From: a virus
Virus record (IMG/VR): IMGVR_UViG_3300048930_000528
Location: 1-64,000 of that record
Strand: one strand, 5' to 3'
Length of the DNA stretch: 64,000 bases
Positions within the stretch are counted from its first letter, which is position 1; the number at the start of each line of letters is the position of its first letter. Both the position numbers and the translations under genes were made by a program. Of the stretch, positions 48,089 to 56,580 are shown piece by piece. Below the pieces are notes generated by a model, which made no database searches, was not told the origin of the DNA, and saw only the letters and a program-made list of their open reading frames with translations.

Positions 48089-51000
48089 ATGATTAAAGAC
48101 CAACGATCCGGCATCTCTGCGGAGAACCTCCAAGAGATCATCGAGGCCGGCGTCAGCGCAGCGCACTCGCTCCAGGGCGGAGCGCAGCAGTACAGCACGC
48201 CTCAGTGGCTGGCCAACGCCTGCCGCCAGCTGATCACGGACGCCCGGCCTTCGTGCGTCCTTGATCCCCAAGGTGCGGCAGGCAACCTCGTCAATGCCCT
48301 GCCCGATGGCGTCACCCGCTACGTCACGGACATCGACAACCGCATGGGCGAGGACGATGCCTCGCACCTCATCAAGCGCATCAAGGGCAACTGCGTCTAC
48401 ATCTTCGAGCTGTTCGATGAACTGTACCCGCACGTTCAGTTCCCGTGCATCGTCGCCAATCCACCCTTCGGCATCCGCTGGAAGCAGGCCGACGGCACCA
48501 CAATCGACAGCACTCAGTGGACGTGGGACCTCATCAAGAAACGCCTGACCATTGGCGGCTGCGGTTTCCTGATCTCCAACGCCAACACTCTTGAGCGCCT
48601 CGGCATCACCGCGGACCCGTGGGTCTACATCGTGCAGCGCTTCCCGGCCGGCGGCATCTGGCCCGACTGCAACGTTGAGCTTGGCATCGTGCACTTTGCC
48701 AACAGCGCGTCCAATATCCTGCCGCGAAAGCAGGTTGTGACCTGGGACCGTGTACCCACGGCGAGCGACATCATCCGCCGCCTGTCTGGCGACGTTGCCA
48801 ATGCGCCGTACCGTCGGGCGACGTACGCCAACCCATTCACCGAGTTTGAGGTGGTGTCCAAAATCATTTCCGAGGAGGCGAAGAACCGGCCCCAGTTCAA
48901 CATCTACCTCGACAAGAATGGCATGCTGCGGACCTACCTCAGCCTGCGCCATCACCACAAGTTCAAGGAGGACGACGTCAAGAAGCTGTTCCGCGTGAAC
49001 AACTGCCACCCACTATCCCTCACCACGGAGCGCGACACGCGGAAGCTCATGTTCGAGCTGGCCAACGCCGGCATCTACACTATCCAGCCCGAGGCCAAGG
49101 CCGCCATCGAGCAGGCGCTTGCCGAAGTCGCCAGCCTTGCCTGCCCAATCCGCCCGGTCACCGACTTCGAACTGGTCGCCTACGCCGACGAAGAGGACAC
49201 GCTTGTCGCCATCTCCGGCACGGTTGACGGCATCCACCTCACGCCCGGCAAGCGGTACGAAGTTGGCACTGGCACGTACACCTTCACGGATCGCTTCACC
49301 CGCAAGAAGATCCACTTCAACGAGGAGACCGAGGAGACCACGATCGACGAGCACGACTGCGAACTCTCCGGGCAAGATCGCTACGTGCAGATCACGGACG
49401 ACCGAGGCATGCAGCACCGCTTCATGGAGCGACCCGAGACCGGCATCAAATGGATGCACCCGGAGTCCATGCTTTGGACTTTGTTCAAGCGTCCCTTCGT
49501 TCCCACCGTTGGCGAAGTCATGGCTGATTGCGTGGCGACCAACCTCCAGAAGATGGCGTTCTCTGAGCTAGTCGCTGGCTTCACCTATTTCCCCGGCCAG
49601 CGTGACTACTATTCCCGCATGGCGTGCAAGGATTATGGGCTGGTGGCTGCGAGTACCGGATGCCATGCGAAAGGGACGCTAATCATGATGAGCGATGGCC
49701 GAAATAAAATCGTGGAAGACATCATTGTTGGTGATTGCGTGATGGGTTGGGACTCGACGCCGAGGCGGGTCACTCGCTTGGCTCAAGGGCGTCAGCAGAT
49801 GGCCAAGATAATCCCCACTAAAGGAGATCCGTTCGTCGTCAACTTGGACCATATTTTAACGCTGGTTAAGACCGGAACAAGTTCGTCGGTCGGCGGGGAC
49901 GTAATTGACGTGAAGGTCAGAGATTACCTCGGATGGAAGCCATCGCAAAAGCATATTTATAAACTCTTCCGCAAGGAGATTAGCCTACAAGCAAAACCAA
50001 TCGACTCCCTTTCGCCGTACTTCATGGGGGTTTACATTGGCGACGGGACATCGACGTCGTGGCAGGTTGCAATTACAAAGCCCGACAAGGAGGTTGAGGA
50101 TGCTGTTGCCGATGAGTGCTCAAAGTGGGGATGGCGATACAGGACCGCGTTGCGGTCTGGGTCGGAAACGAATAAGACACACTTCATCCCAGGTCACGGC
50201 ATAAAGCGAGAGCTTTATCAACATGGGCTTCTTGGAATACACTCAAGCAATAGGTTTATTCCAGACGCTTACAAGTACAACAGCCGTGATGTGAGGCTTG
50301 AGGTTCTTGCTGGCATCATTGATAGCGACGGCCACCTTTGTGATGCCGGAACATTTGACTACATAAGCCAATCGCAATCTCTTGCCGATGATGTTGTGTG
50401 GTTGGCTAGATCAGTCGGGCTTGCCGCTTACGTGAAGCCATGCCAGAAGTATTGCCAGACCGGAGGCGGAGGCACGTATCATAGGGTTTCCATATCAGGC
50501 GAACTCTCTATCATTCCAACAAGAATCAAGCGCAAGCAAGCCGCGCAACGCAGGCAGAAGAAAAGCGTCCTGCGAACAGGATTCAAAGTTGAGCTTCTGC
50601 CAGAGGATGACTACTACGGGTTCAGTATTGAAGGCGACGGGCGGTTCTTGCTTGGCGACTTTACAGTGACCCACAACACCGGCAAAACCCTGGGGGCTTT
50701 GACACTCATCAGCCTCAAGGCGCCGCGCCGTTCGCTCATCATCGCTCCGCAGGGAACGATGCGCTCGTCCGGCTCGGAGGAGGAGGTTGATTATCAGGCA
50801 TCGCAGTGGGTGCAGGAGATCACGCGCTTCGCCCCGCTCGAGCCCGTGTTCCAGTTGTTCAGCATGCAGGATTACCTGTCCGTCCTGCACGCCAACGGCG
50901 GCGTGCTTCCGCCCGGCATCTACGTCACCTACCCGCAGGCTTACTTCTCCAACAGCGCCTTCGAGTCCTTGCCTGCCACATGGGAAAACCTCGACGCCTT

Positions 51001-52420
51001 CGAGACAGAGGAAAAGTTCTGCCGGCGCATGGGCCTGCCGTTCAGCAAGGATACTCCCGTGGAGCGCCACTACCACACTGGCGTTGGCTCGGCCAAGAAC
51101 GGTATCCGGTGCGTGGCGACGCCGTCGCTGTCCACCGTCATCGCAACCAACCATGGCGAGTGGGACATGGTTGTCTTGGACGAGGCGCACCTTTACCAGA
51201 GCCTTGAATCTTGCATCACGAACAACATGATCCGGCTTCAACCGCGGTTCAGGTTCGCACTCACTGCCACACCAATCAGCAACATCATCACGAACATATT
51301 CAGCCTCATGGGTTGGCTGTGCGTGAAGGACTGGTACAGGGGTGGGATGCGTAACGCCGCATGGCCCTATGCCGTGGACGAGGGGCATCGGTTTTCGACG
51401 ACATTCCTTGCCACCGAGATCGACCGCACGGCGCAGCTCAAAGCCAAGATGAAAGGCAAGAAGGGGTGGGGCAAGATCGGCATCAGGCCGTCGCCCGTCA
51501 TCAGTTCCCCGGCTCGCCTGCTCAAGCTCCTCAAGCCGACGATGGCGTACATCTCCAAAGAGGACTGCAACCCCAACCTCCAGCCGTGCACCGTGTCCGA
51601 TGTCCGCGTGCCAATGGGTCGCGAGCAGGCCAAGCTCTATGCGTACTGGCTGGAGCGGGCCAACTACGTTCCCGAGTTCAAGAACCCGCTGACGATCGCC
51701 CAGGTTCAGATGTCCCGGCTGCGTGGCGTCTGTGCCTCGCCGGCCAGCCTCGACTACACCCGCGGCATGGCCCGGTCCAACTTCAACCCGAAGACCGTCA
51801 CCATCCTTCAACTCATCCGTGACTGCCTCCGCAAGGGCGAGCAGGTGGTTGTCGTCTCGGCTCGTGTTGGCCAGTCAAACGAGTTGGCGCGTCGCCTTTC
51901 CGAGGCCGGAGTCCAGATCGCACGCATCGACTCGACCGTGCCGGCGGAGATGCACACGGCTGAGGCCAACAGGTTCAAGCGTGGCGACGCCCGCGTCATG
52001 CTCATGGGCATCAAGTGCGCACAGGGTCACTCGTTTGACCGATGCCCCAACCTCATCGTTGGCTCGCTCGAGTGGTCCTACGGCACGCTCGACCAGGCGA
52101 AGGGCCGGGTGTGGCGCCTGACCTCGCCTCAGCCCGTCAAGGTGTGGATCGTCCTTCACCAGAACACGATTGAGGAGCTCCTGTTCGACCGGGTTGCGCT
52201 CAAGCAGGACGCCGCCACGCTGTGCCTTCACGGCAAGCGGGTGCCGCGTGACTTCAAGACGCTTGACCCGAGCGAGGTGCTGGCCGAGCACATCGTTGAC
52301 TTCGACCACGAAGGCGAGACGCGGTCCGAATCCGAGTGCGAAACGCAGTGGCCCGACCTGCGCAAGCAGCTCGTCCTCGCCAACAACAGCGGCATCCCGG
52401 CCGGCTTCGCCGCGGCCTGA
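48089..52420 (+). CDS. DarB-like N6-methyltransferase + SNF2-type helicase fusion with intein
   Basis: QYSTP, VLDP..AAG, NPPF; STG|TGKT split by intein, LDEAH, TATP, QAKGRVWR. Confidence 0.85.
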   Translation: MIKDQRSGISAENLQEIIEAGVSAAHSLQGGAQQYSTPQWLANACRQLITDARPSCVLDPQGAAGNLVNALPDGVTRYVTDIDNRMGEDDASHLIKRIKGNCVYIFELFDELYPHVQFPCIVANPPFGIRWKQADGTTIDSTQWTWDLIKKRLTIGGCGFLISNANTLERLGITADPWVYIVQRFPAGGIWPDCNVELGIVHFANSASNILPRKQVVTWDRVPTASDIIRRLSGDVANAPYRRATYANPFTEFEVVSKIISEEAKNRPQFNIYLDKNGMLRTYLSLRHHHKFKEDDVKKLFRVNNCHPLSLTTERDTRKLMFELANAGIYTIQPEAKAAIEQALAEVASLACPIRPVTDFELVAYADEEDTLVAISGTVDGIHLTPGKRYEVGTGTYTFTDRFTRKKIHFNEETEETTIDEHDCELSGQDRYVQITDDRGMQHRFMERPETGIKWMHPESMLWTLFKRPFVPTVGEVMADCVATNLQKMAFSELVAGFTYFPGQRDYYSRMACKDYGLVAASTGCHAKGTLIMMSDGRNKIVEDIIVGDCVMGWDSTPRRVTRLAQGRQQMAKIIPTKGDPFVVNLDHILTLVKTGTSSSVGGDVIDVKVRDYLGWKPSQKHIYKLFRKEISLQAKPIDSLSPYFMGVYIGDGTSTSWQVAITKPDKEVEDAVADECSKWGWRYRTALRSGSETNKTHFIPGHGIKRELYQHGLLGIHSSNRFIPDAYKYNSRDVRLEVLAGIIDSDGHLCDAGTFDYISQSQSLADDVVWLARSVGLAAYVKPCQKYCQTGGGGTYHRVSISGELSIIPTRIKRKQAAQRRQKKSVLRTGFKVELLPEDDYYGFSIEGDGRFLLGDFTVTHNTGKTLGALTLISLKAPRRSLIIAPQGTMRSSGSEEEVDYQASQWVQEITRFAPLEPVFQLFSMQDYLSVLHANGGVLPPGIYVTYPQAYFSNSAFESLPATWENLDAFETEEKFCRRMGLPFSKDTPVERHYHTGVGSAKNGIRCVATPSLSTVIATNHGEWDMVVLDEAHLYQSLESCITNNMIRLQPRFRFALTATPISNIITNIFSLMGWLCVKDWYRGGMRNAAWPYAVDEGHRFSTTFLATEIDRTAQLKAKMKGKKGWGKIGIRPSPVISSPARLLKLLKPTMAYISKEDCNPNLQPCTVSDVRVPMGREQAKLYAYWLERANYVPEFKNPLTIAQVQMSRLRGVCASPASLDYTRGMARSNFNPKTVTILQLIRDCLRKGEQVVVVSARVGQSNELARRLSEAGVQIARIDSTVPAEMHTAEANRFKRGDARVMLMGIKCAQGHSFDRCPNLIVGSLEWSYGTLDQAKGRVWRLTSPQPVKVWIVLHQNTIEELLFDRVALKQDAATLCLHGKRVPRDFKTLDPSEVLAEHIVDFDHEGETRSESECETQWPDLRKQLVLANNSGIPAGFAAA
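49661..50677 (+). mobile_element. Intein with LAGLIDADG homing endonuclease (339 aa)
   Basis: Starts CHAKGT, LAGIIDSDG, ends VTHN followed by Thr; lower GC. Confidence 0.92.
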
Positions 52421-52424
52421 CACC

Positions 52425-52625
52425 ATGAGCAACGACTTCGAGAAGGTGGAGCTTCACGGCGGTCCGCTTGACGGGCTTGAGTTGTTTGCCAGCGAATCGT
52501 TCAAGCTGGAGGAACTCGATCCCGAGACTGGGCTCATCCACGTCTACGTGAGACGCGGCAGTGGCGTCTTCCAGTACGCCGGCCACCAGCCATCCGGCCT
52601 GCCTCCGGCGCTGGGCGGAAGCTGA
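52425..52625 (+). CDS. Hypothetical protein
   Basis: LHGGPLDG motif common in small phage proteins. Confidence 0.55.
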   Translation: MSNDFEKVELHGGPLDGLELFASESFKLEELDPETGLIHVYVRRGSGVFQYAGHQPSGLPPALGGS

Positions 52626-52626
52626 T

Positions 52627-52656
52627 TTGACATTGCCAAATCGCCGGATGTAACCT
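52627..52656 (+). promoter_or_regulatory. Sigma70-like promoter upstream of second recombinase
   Basis: TTGACA-18 nt-TAACCT, 11 nt before ATG. Confidence 0.55.
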
Positions 52657-52667
52657 CGGATTCCAGC

Positions 52668-53669
52668 ATGCCCACGACAAAGAAAGCCGCAGGACTCAAG
52701 ATCAAGGCGATGGACTCCACCAAGGTGACGCCGGCGGCGATCCGCGCAGCCAAGAAGATCCTTCGGGCCGCCGAAGAGTCGGGCATGCAGGATGCAATCC
52801 TCGCTGCGCTCATGCAGCGGAAGACCGTACCCGTGAAGCAGGCCTTGGCCGAGTGGCACCTATGGCGGAAGGCGAACTCGTCAGCGTCCACGCTCCGCAC
52901 CAACCGGCTGGCACTAGATCAGTTCTTCGATGGGCTCGAGGCCGCAAACTGGCCGGTGTCAAAAATCACGATCCAGCACATTGACGCATGGGTTAACAAA
53001 GACGACGCCTGCAAGCGGGCCACCCGCGAGGCAAAGCTCGCCGCCATCCGATCGTTCTACAAGTTCGTCACCGCGAATGCCTATTGCCAGACCAACCCGG
53101 CGCAGCTGGTGCATGTTCGCATTCGCGACATGACGCACGCTCAGCTGGAGCGCACCGTGCGCGAGCCCATCACCGAGCACGAGTACCGGCATATCATGGC
53201 CAACACCGAAGGCTTTTGGAAATGGGCAACGGCGATCAGCTACTGGGCGGGGCTGCGCATGAGCGACGTGTTCGCACTCCAGTGGGCTCAGATCATGCCC
53301 ACCGAGATCGTAGCCTGGGCGAAAAAAGACGGCGACCGGCTAGTGCTTCCACTCAACCACCCGCTCATCGGCGGAGGGGAGTTGGTGCCTGTGCTGTTCG
53401 AGGTATTGAGTAATCGCCAAGACGATACATACTGCTTCCCCGATCAGCATCGCGAGATGGCCGACATCGAGAAGCGTTCCAAGTTCTCGGTCTACTATAC
53501 ACGCCTGCTTGCCGGGCTAGGCATTGAAGGCAAGAGCTTCCATTCGCTGCGGCATGCGTTTGCCACCCGGCTCGCCAACGCAGGGGTGACACCTGAGCAG
53601 ATCGGGCGGTGGATGGGGCACAGTTCGACGCGCATCACCGAGGGGTACATCCACCGCGGCAAGCGATGA
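52668..53669 (+). CDS. Tyrosine recombinase (Xer/Int-like, no IntI insertion visible)
   Basis: GLRMSD, AKKDG, FHSLRH, MGHSS, GY. Confidence 0.9.
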   Translation: MPTTKKAAGLKIKAMDSTKVTPAAIRAAKKILRAAEESGMQDAILAALMQRKTVPVKQALAEWHLWRKANSSASTLRTNRLALDQFFDGLEAANWPVSKITIQHIDAWVNKDDACKRATREAKLAAIRSFYKFVTANAYCQTNPAQLVHVRIRDMTHAQLERTVREPITEHEYRHIMANTEGFWKWATAISYWAGLRMSDVFALQWAQIMPTEIVAWAKKDGDRLVLPLNHPLIGGGELVPVLFEVLSNRQDDTYCFPDQHREMADIEKRSKFSVYYTRLLAGLGIEGKSFHSLRHAFATRLANAGVTPEQIGRWMGHSSTRITEGYIHRGKR

Positions 53670-53709
53670 TCGGTAAACCATCATCAATCATCGAATCCCT
53701 GATCGTCCA

Positions 53710-54188
53710 ATGAGTAACCCACAGAACGAACTGACGCCGTCCGCTGGCCCGAATTGCGCTGTGGCGTCTGGTTCGCCTCCGGGGCTCTACAACCTATACG
53801 TCCGCCACACCGATGGGCGCACAAAGAAACTGACGGGCTACGCGATGACACATCACGAGTGCTGCGTGATGAAGAGCAAACTAAGCGAATGGACGCAGGC
53901 TCGCACACTGCTCGTAAAGGAGACGAAATGAAACACGACCCAGACCACTACCTCACGCAGCCGATGGACAATCAGGAGGCGGCGCACAATCGCCGCGTGG
54001 CCGTGACGGCCGAGAACGTCGCCGCGTGTGCGCAAGCCATCCGCGACCTCGACCGCATCACGCCGCGCCCGCTCACCGCCGAAGACCAAGCGCGTGCCGT
54101 GCTCACGTTCTTGGCGAACACCAAGGTGACCGATGCGCAGCCCAAGGCGAACGACGCCGGACCGGGTAGCAATGCGCATTCGGTCTAG
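53710..54188 (+). CDS. Two cassette-borne hypothetical genes (53710..53931, 53928..54188)
   Basis: Between GTTCGCC (53771) and GGCGAAC (54113); ATGA overlap. Confidence 0.6.
53727..53777 (-). mobile_element. Truncated attC-like site E
   Basis: Minus strand GGCGAAC-cagac-gccacagcgcaa arm (same as site I arm); partner arm degenerate. Confidence 0.6.
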
Positions 54189-54201
54189 CGAATGGTTCAG
54201 C
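54113..54201 (-). mobile_element. attC-like site F
   Basis: Arms gaccgatgcgca / tgcgcat[t]cggtc between GGCGAAC and GTTCAGC. Confidence 0.88.
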
Positions 54202-54209
54202 CCTCTTTT

Positions 54210-54482
54210 ATGCCCTCACCAATCGAAAGAATGATCGACGCCGCGACCGGCTACACGCCGCCGCCAGCGCCGAAGAAACGCACGCTCCCGACTGCCGAAG
54301 AAAAGCAGATAGCGACCGATGCCGGAAACGACGTCATCTGGTATATCGACGCGCAGTATCCCGCGATGTGGGACGGCGTGCCGAAGTCAGCGCGGACCAG
54401 CGTGAAAAACGCCGTCTACAACCGCGTGATCTTAATCTTGCTGAACGCCAAGATCAGCAACGCGGGGACGAAAACAGAATGA
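54210..54482 (+). CDS. Hypothetical protein (cassette)
   Basis: Between GTTCAGC and GCTGAAC; stop lies in attC G. Confidence 0.65.
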   Translation: MPSPIERMIDAATGYTPPPAPKKRTLPTAEEKQIATDAGNDVIWYIDAQYPAMWDGVPKSARTSVKNAVYNRVILILLNAKISNAGTKTE

Positions 54483-54569
54483 CTCTATGAGCACGAAAAT
54501 CGAAGACAAACCCATAGCGAGCGCCGGAGCGGACAGCTCCCCGCGTTGCGCTGTATCGCCTGGTTCGAC
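54440..54569 (-). mobile_element. attC-like site G
   Basis: Arms gatcagcaacgcgggga / tccccgcgtt[gc]gctg[t]atc between GCTGAAC and GTTCGAC. Confidence 0.88.
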
Positions 54570-54771
54570 GATTGAAACGACCGAACGCAAGGTGATGGTC
54601 GCGCTCTGCGGACTGTGCATCGCCGTCTTCTGCGCGGCTCTTCTCGGCATCGCTTTCTACGTGCATGTCGTCGCCGGGCTATTCGCTCTCGCGCTCATCG
54701 CGTGGTGGCTCGGCTCATCGATGGCCGAAGTGCTCAAGGAAACTCGCGAGCGTGATTCGTCGAACGACTAG
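54487..54771 (+). CDS. Two-TM membrane protein (cassette)
   Basis: Starts inside attC G loop; long hydrophobic segment. Confidence 0.7.
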   Translation: MSTKIEDKPIASAGADSSPRCAVSPGSTIETTERKVMVALCGLCIAVFCAALLGIAFYVHVVAGLFALALIAWWLGSSMAEVLKETRERDSSND

Positions 54772-54854
54772 GTATGCCAGCCCTACCCGCCATCGATGTT
54801 GATTCGCCAGTAACTGCCCGCCGGGTAGGGATTGGCATGACCGACTTGTTCGGG
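54759..54854 (-). mobile_element. attC-like site H
   Basis: Arms ggtatgcca.ccctacccg / cgggtaggg..tggcat[g]acc between GTCGAAC and GTTCGGG. Confidence 0.88.
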
Positions 54855-55331
54855 GTTGTGGACGTGGTGCCGAGTGACATCGTGCTGACCCCGGAACCAA
54901 TCGCGCAAGCCGTGGTGGAACGCTTCAAACCATCTGGCCGCGTGCTCGATCCGTGCAAGGGAGATGGTGCCTTCCTGAAGTTCATGCCTGGTGCTGAGTG
55001 GTGCGAGATTCGCGAAGGCCGATGCTTCTACGACTGGAAAGAGCCGGTGGACTGGATCGTCTCGAATCCACCTTACAGCGTCTTCTCGGACTTCCTTCGG
55101 CACAGCTTCACGGTGGCGGAAAACATCGTCTATCTGATCCCCGTCAACAAGGCGTTCAACTCTGACAAGATGATGCGCGAAATCTGGTCATGGGGAGGCG
55201 TGAAAACCATCTTCGTGATTGGCTCCGGTGGATCGCTGAACTTCCCAATCGGCTTCTGCATAGGAGCTGTTCACTTCGTGCGCGGCTATCGGGGCGGCGC
55301 GAATGTGGAATTTTATACCCCGAACACCTAG
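54774..55331 (+). CDS. Small N6-adenine DNA methyltransferase (cassette)
   Basis: TP..IA, VLDPCKGDGAF, WIVSNPPYS. Confidence 0.85.
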   Translation: MPALPAIDVDSPVTARRVGIGMTDLFGVVDVVPSDIVLTPEPIAQAVVERFKPSGRVLDPCKGDGAFLKFMPGAEWCEIREGRCFYDWKEPVDWIVSNPPYSVFSDFLRHSFTVAENIVYLIPVNKAFNSDKMMREIWSWGGVKTIFVIGSGGSLNFPIGFCIGAVHFVRGYRGGANVEFYTPNT

Positions 55332-55412
55332 CTCAGACATGGCTGGCTCTCCCTCAACTCTCGAACACTTGGCGGCCCCGCGCCAGCCATTGTCTGTGGC
55401 GTCTGGTTCGCT
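55319..55412 (-). mobile_element. attC-like site I
   Basis: Arms cagacatggctggc / gccagccat[t]gtctg between CCCGAAC and GTTCGCT. Confidence 0.88.
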
Positions 55413-56130
55413 GCTTCTTTGGAACGCGGACTGCATAGAAGTGCTGCCACAAATCACGGCGGCGGCGGTTATCACCGATCCGCCCTATGGCATCAACGAT
55501 GCAGCTTTCGATTCGGGGCCACGCGAAGGAAAACGCAAGGGAGGCGATAATACTTGGCATCCGGCAAGCGATTGGGATGCGGAGATAAAGCCGGAATGGT
55601 GCGCTGCGGTATGCGCTGCCGCGCCGGTGGTCGCATGGATGGGCCACTGGAGAAAACGCGGCATGGTAGAGGCAGCGATGCCCCACAAACTGCGCGCGGA
55701 AATAGTGTGGGCAAAAGACTGCCATGTAGGCCCGCCATGTCCGGTGGCAATGCAGGATGAGCGCGTGTGGCTATTCTCGCGCGAAGGCATCACGGCTAAG
55801 CGATTTGACACGACCGTGTGGAGCGTTCCGATAATCCCGACGTGGGCACATAAGCACCACAAAAACGAGAAGCCGGTCGCGCTGATGGCGCGAGCGATCT
55901 ACCTGCTGACATCCGAAGGTGATACCGTGCTCGATCCATTCATGGGGAGCGGCACGACGGCAATCGCGTGCATCCGGACGGGCCGCAAATTCATCGGGGT
56001 GGAGCGCGACCCCGCGCACTTCCAAACGGCAGTCGAGCGCATCCGCCGAGAACTGGCACAGGGCGACCTGTTTTTGCCAGCGAACACTGAGGTCAGAGAA
56101 TCGCGCCCTGACCCGACCAAACAACCCTGA
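55339..56130 (+). CDS. N4/N6 beta-class DNA methyltransferase (cassette)
   Basis: ITDPPYG, H..EKP, VLDPFMGSGTT, FIGVE. Confidence 0.9.
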   Translation: MAGSPSTLEHLAAPRQPLSVASGSLLLWNADCIEVLPQITAAAVITDPPYGINDAAFDSGPREGKRKGGDNTWHPASDWDAEIKPEWCAAVCAAAPVVAWMGHWRKRGMVEAAMPHKLRAEIVWAKDCHVGPPCPVAMQDERVWLFSREGITAKRFDTTVWSVPIIPTWAHKHHKNEKPVALMARAIYLLTSEGDTVLDPFMGSGTTAIACIRTGRKFIGVERDPAHFQTAVERIRRELAQGDLFLPANTEVRESRPDPTKQP

Positions 56131-56187
56131 ACCTTCAACGAACAATCAGAGCGGCTGCACGCGATTCTCTGCACCGTCTGGTTGGGA
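56079..56187 (-). mobile_element. attC-like site J
   Basis: Arms ggtcagagaatcgcg / cgcgattctctg[c]acc between AGCGAAC and GTTGGGA. Confidence 0.88.
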
Positions 56188-56196
56188 ATTTCCATC

Positions 56197-56457
56197 ATGG
56201 ACCAAATACTAAAAGCACGATCTGCAATCGTCGCGGAACTCAAACGCCGCGCTCTGGAAAAAGACCCGAACGTAAGGCCACTGAATCCGGATGCCGCCCT
56301 TCGCTGGCACAAGCCGCAGGACAACTACTATTCGGGCGCTGGCGAAATGGCGTGCCCGATCTGCGAGGCAGGGAAACTGCGCTACAGCCGAAGCGGCTAC
56401 AATGGGCATGTCCACGCGGGCTGCACAACGGAAGGGTGTGTGTCATGGATGGAGTGA
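56197..56457 (+). CDS. Zinc-ribbon hypothetical protein (cassette)
   Basis: CPIC..YNGHVHAGC..C..WME. Confidence 0.7.
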   Translation: MDQILKARSAIVAELKRRALEKDPNVRPLNPDAALRWHKPQDNYYSGAGEMACPICEAGKLRYSRSGYNGHVHAGCTTEGCVSWME

Positions 56458-56467
56458 CCGCGACACT

Positions 56468-56580
56468 TCCCAACGAAAAAGGTGAGCCGCGCTCGCCGAA
56501 GAAAGGACAATGACATGAGCGGAGAAAAGACATCCGAAGACGTGACGGCTGCGAGCGTTGGCTCTACCGACGGGTTCGGC
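56468..56580 (-). mobile_element. attC-like site K
   Basis: Minus strand GCCGAAC-ccgtc-ggt[a]gagcc[a]acgctcgc..gcgagcgcggctcacc-tttttc-GTTGGGA. Confidence 0.9.

Noticed and set aside
46473-56580. Hairpins as intrinsic terminators
   Set aside because: No U-tracts after stems, ORFs read through them, and terminators do not explain cassette-wise core complementarity.
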